Shown here in pieces: positions 10,017 to 19,371 of a stretch of DNA of 64,000 nucleotides. Within the stretch, counting starts at the first letter, position 1, and each line of letters opens with the position of its first letter. The notes under the pieces were generated by a model. The model ran no database searches. It was not told the DNA's origin and worked only from the letters and a program-made list of their open reading frames with translations. Source of the stretch: Candidatus Dojkabacteria bacterium (lineage in GTDB: Bacteria > Patescibacteriota > Dojkabacteria > SC72). The position numbers and the translations under genes were made by a program. The stretch is taken from contig JAXGOY010000001.1 in the NCBI GenBank assembly GCA_040767225.1, positions 31,128-95,127 of the forward strand. The letters run 5' to 3'.

Positions 10017-11465
10017 CTAATCTATCTGTGCCAACAGTGTTTGTGCTTCTTTTGATACAACTCCCTTTAGGTCATACTCTATAGCCTTTTTAGCATACTC
10101 TTTTGCTTTCTCAAAATCATTATCTTTTATACTAATTTCTGCAACAAGCAAGTTATATCTCGGATCATACTGGTTAAGTTCCCAAAAAACATCTAAAACC
10201 TCTTGTGCTTCATCAAGCTTTGATTTTTTGATAAGATAGCTACCTTTTGAATACAAGAACTCTGCCTTCTCACTATCATCTAAATCTTCATATGACACTT
10301 TATTTACATAATATGTAAACTTTTCACTATCATCTCTTAAAGAATATATCTTTACATAATAAAGGGGAACCCATGTATCAGTAAATATCTTCTCAGCACT
10401 TCTCATTACCTCTAAGGCTTTCTCTGTTAAATTCTCTTTCATAAGGATATCTAGGTACTCTTTGTACATTGCGAAGTGAGCTTGTGAAGCACCATATGAT
10501 ATAGCACTATCATAATATGCAATTGAGCTATTTATATCATTAAGCTGATAATAATCTCTTGCAAGTACCCAGTAAATGTATTGATTAAGATCTCCTAAAG
10601 TAGAAATATCCTGCAGTACATCTATACTTTTGCGATAATCACCATTCTCATAATATGCCTTACCAAGAATATACAGTCCATCAGCATACTCCCCCATTTT
10701 ACCTAACTTAGGCTCCAAAAGAGCAATAGCTAGATATGGATACCCTCTATCAACATACTCTTTCCCAAGTTTAGCAGCATTAAAAAGCTCATCATCATTT
10801 AAACTACCCAGCACCTCATTCCACTTGGTATATGCCTCTCTCCACTTATCACCAGGTTCTATGCCTTTTAGAATTTCTTCTGCCTTTTTTGTATCACTTA
10901 AAGCTTGAATATATGAAAGAAGAAGATTAGATTCTATAACCATATCCCCTTCATATGTCTTCTCAAGAAGGTCTTTTGCCTTCTCTATTTGTCCAATTTG
11001 AAGATATGCTTTAGCACATCCAAGTGAAGCACTCATATCTTTATCAGACATTCCTAATGCTAACTGATAATTAGTTACTGCTTTATCAAACTCCCCAAGA
11101 TTGTAATATGCATCACCAACAAGAGTATACAGTTTAGCTTTATCACTCTGACTAAGCTGTCCTCCAGACTCTTCAATTACCTTAGCTGCATCCTCTGGTT
11201 TATTCTTAACTGTAAAAATACCAACTATTCTTTCAAAAGCATCTACTCTAGAGGGTATTATCTCAGTGGCATCATTTAGTTTATCAAGAGCCAAGGAATA
11301 TTCTTTCCCTTTAATTAAAAGATCTGCATCAGATACAATCCTTTCATACTCACTAACTTTTTCCTCTGACACAGTACACCCAGAAAGAATAAAAGATGAT
11401 AAGAATAATATACAGATAAATAAAAAATACTTTTTAAAATTTTTCATATCTTGTATTTTACACAT
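10017..11465 (-). CDS. TPR-repeat lipoprotein
   Basis: N-terminal signal peptide with lipobox (FILSGC, probable start MKNFKK at 11447). The rest is tetratricopeptide-like helical repeats (repeated Y-rich A...Y..G.Y..A motifs). Confidence 0.6.
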   Translation of the reverse strand: MCKIQDMKNFKKYFLFICILFLSSFILSGCTVSEEKVSEYERIVSDADLLIKGKEYSLALDKLNDATEIIPSRVDAFERIVGIFTVKNKPEDAAKVIEESGGQLSQSDKAKLYTLVGDAYYNLGEFDKAVTNYQLALGMSDKDMSASLGCAKAYLQIGQIEKAKDLLEKTYEGDMVIESNLLLSYIQALSDTKKAEEILKGIEPGDKWREAYTKWNEVLGSLNDDELFNAAKLGKEYVDRGYPYLAIALLEPKLGKMGEYADGLYILGKAYYENGDYRKSIDVLQDISTLGDLNQYIYWVLARDYYQLNDINSSIAYYDSAISYGASQAHFAMYKEYLDILMKENLTEKALEVMRSAEKIFTDTWVPLYYVKIYSLRDDSEKFTYYVNKVSYEDLDDSEKAEFLYSKGSYLIKKSKLDEAQEVLDVFWELNQYDPRYNLLVAEISIKDNDFEKAKEYAKKAIEYDLKGVVSKEAQTLLAQID

Positions 11466-11517
11466 CTTTTGACAATCATGCTATACTTGGAATATCCCGT
11501 AATATACTGGGATAGAT

Positions 11518-12462
11518 ATGGATAGTCAAAAGTCTTGTAAAAACAATGAATCTAATAAACATGTACTAATATCTCTTCTCCTTATAATTTTAGGAGTTTT
11601 CTCCTTTTTTCTAGTTATTAAATCTGATGACCTTGTTTTTGCAAGCCAGCCATTAATACCAATAGATGAAAAAATCAGGGAAGTATTATTTCTCCCCGAC
11701 CTATTGCAAGAAAAAGCCTCCTATGGACCAAAATTAATTACTATTCAAAGAGGAGATACTGTTTTTAACACTCTTACTACACTTAGCAATGTATATGACA
11801 TATTAAGAGAGAACAACATTGAGCTTAATAAAAATGATTATGTATACCTTAATACAGAGTATGTAATAAATGGAAGTGTAATAAAGATTGTAAGAACATC
11901 AAACACAATATTTGAAATGCTTGAAGAAATTCCTTTTGAAAAAGAAATTATTGAAAATCCTCAACTTCTAAAAGGAGAAGAAAAAGTAATACAAGAAGGT
12001 AAAAACGGAATTAAGAAGCTAGTATACTTTAATACCTATGAAGACAATGTGCTTGTTAAAAGTGAATTAATTGATGAAATAATAATTAAAAAACCAATAA
12101 AAGAGATAAAGGAGGTAGGAACATCTATGTACTCTCTTAATAATATTGAGAAGAAAGGATACAACTGTCCATTCTGGTATTCAGTTGTGGACTCAGGTCC
12201 ATATACACAAGAAGAAAAAGACTGGCTTAAGTTTATGATGTACTGTGAATCAGGATGTAATGCAGAATCAAATAAAAGTAATTACAAAGGCCTCTTTCAA
12301 TGGAGTCCTTACTGGTGGAATAAACAGTTCGACGAAAATATCTTTGATGGATATGCACAAATTAAACATACTGTAGAAAAATATAGAGCAGGAGAAGCAA
12401 CCAGAAGTAGTCAATGGCCAAGATGTAATGCAAAATATCTTAAAGCTACAGGAGGAAATTAA
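11518..12462 (+). CDS. RpfB-like cell-wall protein: N-terminal TM, G5 domain, C-terminal Rpf-type transglycosylase-like domain
   Basis: TM helix ISLLLIILGVFSFFLVI. G5-like block EKVIQEGKNGIKKLVYFNTYEDNVLVKSELIDEIIIKKPIKEIKEVGT. C-terminal WLKFMMYCESGCNAES...YKGLFQWSPYWW...QWPRC matches the Rpf signature (CESG, Y.GLFQ, W, WP.C). Confidence 0.65.
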   Translation: MDSQKSCKNNESNKHVLISLLLIILGVFSFFLVIKSDDLVFASQPLIPIDEKIREVLFLPDLLQEKASYGPKLITIQRGDTVFNTLTTLSNVYDILRENNIELNKNDYVYLNTEYVINGSVIKIVRTSNTIFEMLEEIPFEKEIIENPQLLKGEEKVIQEGKNGIKKLVYFNTYEDNVLVKSELIDEIIIKKPIKEIKEVGTSMYSLNNIEKKGYNCPFWYSVVDSGPYTQEEKDWLKFMMYCESGCNAESNKSNYKGLFQWSPYWWNKQFDENIFDGYAQIKHTVEKYRAGEATRSSQWPRCNAKYLKATGGN

Positions 12463-14504
12463 CTCTGCCAACTGTAATAATCACAAATATCCTGTGGTAT
12501 CTCACCTAAGAATCTTGACGGTATCTGTGTAGAATATCCCTCCCTGCTTAATCTTCTTTCAGAAAATGTTAAATAAAGCTTTTCCCTTGCCCTTGTAATA
12601 CCAACATAACACAGTCTTCTTTCTTCCTCTAACTCTTCTTCATCAGTAAATGATCTAGAATGAGGAAGTATTCCCTCCTCAACACCAACTATAAAAACAT
12701 AATCAAACTCTAACCCTTTTGATGAATGAAGTGTCATAAGGTTAACATAGTTTCCACTTCCATCTTGATTTTTACTTTGCTCAAGCTCTATAAGATTAAT
12801 CTCCTGCAAAAATATCTCTAAAGAATTATTTCCAAACTTTTGTGAGTATGCTGCTGCAACATTCTTTAACTCTTCAATATTCTCTTTCTTGTACTCTGCC
12901 TCCTGAGAACTATCATCGAACCATTCAATATATTTTGTTTTCTCCAATATTAAATCTATAACAGATAGAACATCTATCCCTTGACTTTCAAAATACAAAC
13001 TGCCAAATAAATCAACAATAGGTGAAAAGCTCATAATCTCATCCATTACAGATTCAACCTTTTTATACACTTTATCAGACATCTCTTCATGCTTTTCTAA
13101 AGAATTCTTTATGCTATATGCACCAACTAAAACCTCCCCTATACTACAACCACATTTTTTTGCAATGGAGTGTATAGCTGCAATTGACTTAGGTCCAATC
13201 TTTCTATTAGGAGTATTCAATACCCTAGTTATACTTAAATCATCTTTAAGATTAAAGATAAATCTCATATAGCTAAGAATATCCTTTATCTCTTTTCTAT
13301 CATAAAATCTAAACCCTCCTACTAGTTTATATGGAATACCATTTTTAAGCATTGCTTCCTCAATTGCCCTTGACTGATAGTTTGTTCTGTAAAGAACAGC
13401 TATATCAACTAAAGATATTCCATTTCTTCTTAGCCTATTAATTTCATCTACAACATACTGTGCTTCATCATCCTGATCTCTTGCTTGATATACAGTAATA
13501 GGGTTCCCCGAATCCTTTTCTGTCCACAGCTTTTTATTTACTCTAAACACATTCTGCTGAATAACTGACATTGCAGCAGATATGACATTACCTGTTGACC
13601 TATAATTCTGTTCAAGTTTAACTACCTTTACATTTTTAAAATCCCTTTCAAAGGACTGAATATTCTTAATATCTGCACCCCTCCATCCATAAATACCTTG
13701 ATCATCATCTCCAACTACACATATATTTCGATACTTCTGTGAAAGAAGTTTGGCAAACATATATTGTGCAGTATTTGTATCTTGATACTCGTCAATTAAA
13801 ATATATCTATAAATATCCTGATAATATGAAAGCACTTTTTTATTTTCAGATAAAAGCTTAACCGTTAAATATATTAAATCACCAAAATCAACAGAGTTCT
13901 GTAACCTTAATTGCTTCTGATACAAAGGATATATATCTGCAACAATATCTTCAATAAAGCCGCCATAATGCTGTGAGAATTGTTCAGGTGAAATTAACTC
14001 ATTTTTTGCATCAGATATAAAGTAGGCAATAGACTCTGGTTTTATTTGTTTAACATCAATATTTTTCTCAATAAGAATATCTTTTATTAAATTCTCAGTA
14101 TCAGTAGAATCACATATGGAAAAGTTTGGCATTAAACCAACATCTCTTGCATTTTGTCTTAAAAATAGTGCTCCAATTGAGTGAAATGTTCCTATAAGAG
14201 GGACATCTTTTGTATCAATATTCAACTCTTTAAGTAAACTGATAACCCTCTCCTGCATTTCTCCTGCTGCTTTTTTAGTAAATGTAACAGCCATTATATT
14301 TTTAGGAGATACATTCTTCTCTGTTATTAAATATGCAATTCTATTTGTAATAACTCTTGTTTTTCCTGATCCAGCACCAGCAAAAACTAGAAGTGGACCT
14401 TCTGTTGTCTGTACAGCAACCCTCTGTTGCTCATTTAATTTTCCCAGTATTATATCTTTGGAATTCACAGCATTGATTATATCTAAGACTGTATACACAT
14501 ACAA
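12459..14504 (-). CDS. uvrD: UvrD/PcrA-family ATP-dependent DNA helicase
   Basis: 681 aa, Walker A FAGAGSGKTRVITNRIAYLI, plus UvrD motifs (TFH, DEYQDTN, VGDDDQGIYGWRGA, YRS). Confidence 0.9.
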   Translation of the reverse strand: MYVYTVLDIINAVNSKDIILGKLNEQQRVAVQTTEGPLLVFAGAGSGKTRVITNRIAYLITEKNVSPKNIMAVTFTKKAAGEMQERVISLLKELNIDTKDVPLIGTFHSIGALFLRQNARDVGLMPNFSICDSTDTENLIKDILIEKNIDVKQIKPESIAYFISDAKNELISPEQFSQHYGGFIEDIVADIYPLYQKQLRLQNSVDFGDLIYLTVKLLSENKKVLSYYQDIYRYILIDEYQDTNTAQYMFAKLLSQKYRNICVVGDDDQGIYGWRGADIKNIQSFERDFKNVKVVKLEQNYRSTGNVISAAMSVIQQNVFRVNKKLWTEKDSGNPITVYQARDQDDEAQYVVDEINRLRRNGISLVDIAVLYRTNYQSRAIEEAMLKNGIPYKLVGGFRFYDRKEIKDILSYMRFIFNLKDDLSITRVLNTPNRKIGPKSIAAIHSIAKKCGCSIGEVLVGAYSIKNSLEKHEEMSDKVYKKVESVMDEIMSFSPIVDLFGSLYFESQGIDVLSVIDLILEKTKYIEWFDDSSQEAEYKKENIEELKNVAAAYSQKFGNNSLEIFLQEINLIELEQSKNQDGSGNYVNLMTLHSSKGLEFDYVFIVGVEEGILPHSRSFTDEEELEEERRLCYVGITRAREKLYLTFSERRLSREGYSTQIPSRFLGEIPQDICDYYSWQS

Positions 14505-14533
14505 TTAAAGAAGGTTATAAGGTGGAAAATATA

Positions 14534-15721
14534 TTAAATCTCTTTAGCATATTTCTGGTATACCCACCCTGTTTGATCTTTACCCAGCTTAATCTGATAC
14601 CATCCCTCTTCTTTCTTAATTACTGCATAGACCCATCCTTCATCTGCAACTTCCAGCACTTTACAGCTATACCATCTGCACTCTCTAATATTTACATATC
14701 CAAATTCAGGGGATGTAAGCTGAATTAATTTGTTATTTCCTCTAGTAATAGTAAACTGTACATCGAAATTACTTCCTTCAATAACATTATCTGCAGATTT
14801 CATAAAGTAGAAACTCTCTTTGTATTCACCAGGCTTACTTTTTGCCTCCATCTGGAATGTAACTTCTACAGTTTCTCCTGGCTTAACATTAACATTTTGT
14901 AAATGAGTAGGCTTGCTGAAACTTTCCCACTCCATATTAATAGCATGAGGACTTTCTTTAGAATCTACGGTAGAAATGTATATATAGCTAAGGTCACCGA
15001 ACCATATAAAGTCATTTTCATTTTTAATTTTTACTTTTACATCTAATCTATTTCCAACTTCAACTTCTTTTGCATAATCTACTGACACAATACTTCCTTT
15101 GTACTTAAGATGTTCAGTATCAGACCATTTTACTTCTGCAAGTGATGATACAATAGAGCTTCTAAGCTCCCCTGCAGAAACAGAATATGTCATATATGAT
15201 ACCTTATCACTACTTTTCTTTAATTTAAGTTCAACAAATTCCCAATTAGTATTCTTTATTCCATACTTGTATGAAAGTTCTTGTACCAAAGAGTTAAGAG
15301 CTTCTGATGTACGCGGAGCAAGGGTTGTACTATCATCCATTATCCCTATTAAAACAACATTTTGTCCACCTTCTAAGCCAGGGTTTATTCCTTCTCCTCC
15401 CCTTGCTCCTTCATATATATTTCCACTTTTATCTATTAAATAGTTATATGGAATATCATTTAAGCCAAGCCTTGTTACACTGTAGTAGTAAAGAGCTTTT
15501 ATCCATTCATTTGGCTTTCCTAAAAACTCTTTGTTGTATCCTCCTAACTGTGATATATATATTTTTTGAGGCAATGAATACATATCTGCTTGAACTGATA
15601 ATGTTTCATCCATACCAATATCTTTTCTTTTAACAATATCAACTGCAAACACAGACGAAGAGAGAACTAATAACATGAAAAAACTTAAGAAGATTGTAAA
15701 AAGATATTTTGGGAATCTCAT
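14534..15721 (-). CDS. Secreted N-acetylmuramoyl-L-alanine amidase (amidase_2/PGRP-like) with C-terminal SH3b domain
   Basis: Signal peptide. NYLIDKSGNIYEGARGGEG...VVLIGIMDD block typical of family 2 amidases. C-terminal GYVNIRECRWYSCKVLEVADEGWVYAVIKKEEGWYQIKLGKDQTGWVYQ resembles bacterial SH3. Confidence 0.6.
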   Translation of the reverse strand: MRFPKYLFTIFLSFFMLLVLSSSVFAVDIVKRKDIGMDETLSVQADMYSLPQKIYISQLGGYNKEFLGKPNEWIKALYYYSVTRLGLNDIPYNYLIDKSGNIYEGARGGEGINPGLEGGQNVVLIGIMDDSTTLAPRTSEALNSLVQELSYKYGIKNTNWEFVELKLKKSSDKVSYMTYSVSAGELRSSIVSSLAEVKWSDTEHLKYKGSIVSVDYAKEVEVGNRLDVKVKIKNENDFIWFGDLSYIYISTVDSKESPHAINMEWESFSKPTHLQNVNVKPGETVEVTFQMEAKSKPGEYKESFYFMKSADNVIEGSNFDVQFTITRGNNKLIQLTSPEFGYVNIRECRWYSCKVLEVADEGWVYAVIKKEEGWYQIKLGKDQTGWVYQKYAKEI

Positions 15722-15742
15722 AATAGATATTGTATCACACTT

Positions 15743-16759
15743 TTAATATGGTGCTGCTCCTTCCTCCTCAAATCCTTTCTCATACAAAACATCATCTTCA
15801 TCAATTATTCTGGTTGTAAGATAGGAGGGGTCTACTGCACATACAAACATTTTTGTTTTTGTCCAATATGTATCACCTGTTACTGTTATTATTCTTCCAT
15901 CACCAGTAAGTACATATGTTGGAAGTAGGAGTCCATTTCCACTATCGTTAAATATGTGCATTAACTGTATATCATTAGTAATATATTCCTTCATACTATA
16001 CTTTGCAGGATTTTGATAGAACCTATCTTCTATAATAGAAGACCCCAATCTTTTAGGATATTTTGAATTTACAACTAATTTATCTATTGGGGCTAACGGC
16101 AGATATTCATACTTAGTTAAATTATTCCTGTCTAATAAAAGAAGTGATAATTGGGTAATTAAACCTTTATTATTTGTTGTAATAACAAATGCATACCCAT
16201 CTAAATATGAGGACCCCACCTTTATATCATCAAATACATACACTCCTTTATATTCAGTTTTTTCATTTTCTTTACTAGTTTCTTTAAGTTCAATATCATT
16301 AATATCAAAATATTCACTAAAAAAGGTTTTAACATCTTCATCTGATAATATTTTAAAATCTATTGGTATTGTATCAGTTGATGTTATTGTTAATACCCCA
16401 GTAATGGGAGAAAACAGTATAAAAGAATTCTCCTTATACATTATTGATAAGTATTCAGGAATTTCAATATCTGAATTAAGGTTATAGAAGTTGTTAACAA
16501 AAGATATCATTTTGTCAGTATCAAACTCAGAGACTTTAAGGATTCTTTCTTCTTTTGGGATATCTATCTTAATCTTTGATACATCAACAGATATTTCTTC
16601 TTCATCAATAGGATATGGACTTTGAATTTTCTCTTTAGTACTTAAATAACCATCTTGAGTAACTTCTTCCTTAGAGAGAAGTAAGAGTACAAGCAGAATA
16701 GCAAGAAGAATAACTCCAACTATTATATATATTTTGTATTTTTTAAAAAATTCTTTCAT
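15743..16759 (-). CDS. Bitopic membrane protein (N-terminal TM, 310-aa exported domain), function unknown; VirB8-like topology
   Basis: Single TM IYIIVGVILLAILLVLLLLS then a soluble domain. Sits 21 nt from the amidase gene and 5 nt from the next gene in the same orientation. Confidence 0.5.
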   Translation of the reverse strand: MKEFFKKYKIYIIVGVILLAILLVLLLLSKEEVTQDGYLSTKEKIQSPYPIDEEEISVDVSKIKIDIPKEERILKVSEFDTDKMISFVNNFYNLNSDIEIPEYLSIMYKENSFILFSPITGVLTITSTDTIPIDFKILSDEDVKTFFSEYFDINDIELKETSKENEKTEYKGVYVFDDIKVGSSYLDGYAFVITTNNKGLITQLSLLLLDRNNLTKYEYLPLAPIDKLVVNSKYPKRLGSSIIEDRFYQNPAKYSMKEYITNDIQLMHIFNDSGNGLLLPTYVLTGDGRIITVTGDTYWTKTKMFVCAVDPSYLTTRIIDEDDVLYEKGFEEEGAAPY

Positions 16760-16764
16760 TATAT

Positions 16765-19356
16765 TTACTCACATGCACCTCCATTTACCTGGGCAGCAAC
16801 GTCTCTGTAACATGCAGTACTAGTATCCCAACATAGTGCAGCATTGACAGCCTCCTCTGGAGTACAAGCTGATGTACTAACCCTACAACCATATCCTCCA
16901 GCACCCTCTGACAAGTAGTCAGCACCCCATTCTCTTACCATTGACGGACAACTATCTCCTTGAATTTGATGAATTAATTCATGTACAAATAATAAGTAGG
17001 CATATCGATTTGAAGCCCCAAGTAACTTATCTACCTTACAATATACATAATCTAAACCACTATAACACCAAGCCCCATTTATACTCTCACAACCTGGACC
17101 ACCTGGACAAACCACTAATGCAAGTTCTACATAGATTGATCTGCCATATGTCTCAGATACATACTCTCTTGCACGCTTGTAAAGCTCATAAAGGTCATCT
17201 GCTCCCTCCCAGCCAGGTGGTATTATTGGTCCTGGGCTGCCACCACCACCCCCATTTGGTGGTATATAATAACCTTGATTCCCATATGCAGAACATTGAT
17301 TCACAGTATCTGGAACTACATAATTATATGAGAACGTCTTTCTATTCCATTTCTTCCATGATCCAACACTACCACCTAATACAACAATTGCTGCAATAAG
17401 ACCTACAATAGCAACTAACATTATTTGTACAAAAACCTTTGCAATTTTCCCTGCCAAATCCATAGCGATATTTACACCAATTGTTATAGCAATAGATGCC
17501 AGTGGAGTAAGAGCAACCCCAAGTGCACCAGCCACAGCACTTACAAGAGGTTTAATTAAGTTTCGTAAACCACCTTTTGCAACAAACTCTTTTAACATGC
17601 TCTCTCCTAAAGTCTTAGTAATCCAGTTCTTAAGAGCCTCGTTCTTCATAATGGCATCATAAATCTTTTGTCTAGCCTTCTTTAATGGTACATCAAAGAC
17701 CCCCTTTATCCTATCCTCTATCATCTTCTTTGTCCTAGCAGGAAAGCTAAAGATTTTTGTTAAATTCTTAAGATTCTTGGATTGTTTTAGCAGTTTCTCA
17801 ATTTTTTCAAAATCTTTTATTGAAAGAGTCCCACTAGCAAGTTGTGTCTGTATTCCTTCTAATGTTTTACTGATATACTCATTAAGGTCCTTTCCATCTA
17901 AAGCATATATACTATCAATTACATTATCAGCACCAATAGCTTTTCCTAATACTCCAGCTGCACCAAGTCCACCCAATAGCTCTTTTAACTGCTCATTGTT
18001 TTTATACAAACCTCTTGCAAATAATTCACCATTGTAAAAAAATGTCCTAAAGAGTGATCTTGGTGTTGCATAGTAAAGAGCTTCTCCCATTTCGTTATAT
18101 GCATTCTGTACTTTGTTTCTATCTTTCTTAGCAACATATATTTCCACTCCTGGTATTTTTTCTAATGTAACTTTCTTTACAGGAGTTAAATTATTCTTCC
18201 TTGGATCAAAAAAATCTCCATTGAGAATCAATCCAACAACATTGGTTCCTGTTGGACCACCAAGCATCTTTATTGAGTTAAGATATCCTTCCCATTTTCC
18301 AATCCCTGTAAACAAACTGTGTGCACCACCAACTTCTCTTAGTACTTTTTCCTTATCCTTTATTGCACGTTCAATTTCTTTTTTTTCATCTGCAGAAAGG
18401 TTCCCTTCTTTAAGCCTATCCTTTAAAGCATAAGTTTCCTGCTTTATTTTATCAAGATTAATAAGTAGTTTAGTCTTTTCATATATCTTCCTTTGTTCTT
18501 CTTGCTCAGAACCTTCTGGTGCATCCCGTAAAGAATATATTTTTTCTGTAAGATAATTATCTTCAAGCTCCCTATATAGCTCAGGATTGAAAATATCTAC
18601 CTCTTCTCCCAATTTCTTTTTCCCTAAGGCATTGTTAAAATTCTGTACCTCTGTGTCACTATATCTACGAGATAAATATGATTCTATTTCTTTACGACTA
18701 CTTTTTGCTCCAAGTTTACTTGAAAAGTCTAACTTCTCCTGCTCATTCATAGTAAACCAACGATTCCCAAATGTTTTTTGCCCAAGTAAATCTACCGCCC
18801 TATTAGCCACAAAATCTCTCTCTGCATATGAAGCAACACTCTGACCTACTGCTCTTGCAATTTTGTATGATTCTGCTTTTTCATTTGCAGAAGCATTTGC
18901 CAATGCTATCTGTTTAGCTTCTAAATTCCCATATTTATGAGCCCATGCTGTAGTTAAGAAATCATCTATAGCTTCACCAACCATACGAGCTCTTCCAGCT
19001 TTTCTATCTGCTTTTACATTGTTTATTGCCTTTTGAACCTGACCACCAGGATCTCTTAGCCAACTTCCTAAATTATTTGTAGTTAACTTTAAATTTCCCC
19101 TGCCACCAAAGAAATCAACCTGTGCTATCTTAACATCTAAAGCACTATTAAATTCATCAATTAAGGTATTTGAAATAAAGACACCTGGTTTTTCAAGTGA
19201 GGCAAATATTGCATCTGTAAGTGCACTAGAAGCAGATACTCCTGTAGGTGGTTTAACAGGCCTTCTTTTCTCAGGAGGTTTTTCTGATTCAGCAAGTATA
19301 AAATCAATAATTCCCCCTATTGCATCATAATTGTCATTTTTACCTTTAGTTGGCAT
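16765..19356 (-). CDS. Large membrane protein: 600-aa N-terminal domain, TM hairpin, Cys-rich C-terminal HExxH (zincin/DUF4157-like) domain
   Basis: 863 aa. TM pair near ALTPLASIAITIGVNIAM...VFVQIMLVAIVGLIAAIVVLGG. C-terminal 190 aa has 11 Cys, a Gly/Pro run (PPNGGGGGSPGPIIPPGW) and YAYLLFVHELIHQIQGDSCP. Confidence 0.55.
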   Translation of the reverse strand: MPTKGKNDNYDAIGGIIDFILAESEKPPEKRRPVKPPTGVSASSALTDAIFASLEKPGVFISNTLIDEFNSALDVKIAQVDFFGGRGNLKLTTNNLGSWLRDPGGQVQKAINNVKADRKAGRARMVGEAIDDFLTTAWAHKYGNLEAKQIALANASANEKAESYKIARAVGQSVASYAERDFVANRAVDLLGQKTFGNRWFTMNEQEKLDFSSKLGAKSSRKEIESYLSRRYSDTEVQNFNNALGKKKLGEEVDIFNPELYRELEDNYLTEKIYSLRDAPEGSEQEEQRKIYEKTKLLINLDKIKQETYALKDRLKEGNLSADEKKEIERAIKDKEKVLREVGGAHSLFTGIGKWEGYLNSIKMLGGPTGTNVVGLILNGDFFDPRKNNLTPVKKVTLEKIPGVEIYVAKKDRNKVQNAYNEMGEALYYATPRSLFRTFFYNGELFARGLYKNNEQLKELLGGLGAAGVLGKAIGADNVIDSIYALDGKDLNEYISKTLEGIQTQLASGTLSIKDFEKIEKLLKQSKNLKNLTKIFSFPARTKKMIEDRIKGVFDVPLKKARQKIYDAIMKNEALKNWITKTLGESMLKEFVAKGGLRNLIKPLVSAVAGALGVALTPLASIAITIGVNIAMDLAGKIAKVFVQIMLVAIVGLIAAIVVLGGSVGSWKKWNRKTFSYNYVVPDTVNQCSAYGNQGYYIPPNGGGGGSPGPIIPPGWEGADDLYELYKRAREYVSETYGRSIYVELALVVCPGGPGCESINGAWCYSGLDYVYCKVDKLLGASNRYAYLLFVHELIHQIQGDSCPSMVREWGADYLSEGAGGYGCRVSTSACTPEEAVNAALCWDTSTACYRDVAAQVNGGACE

Positions 19357-19371
19357 TTTCTATATACCTAA

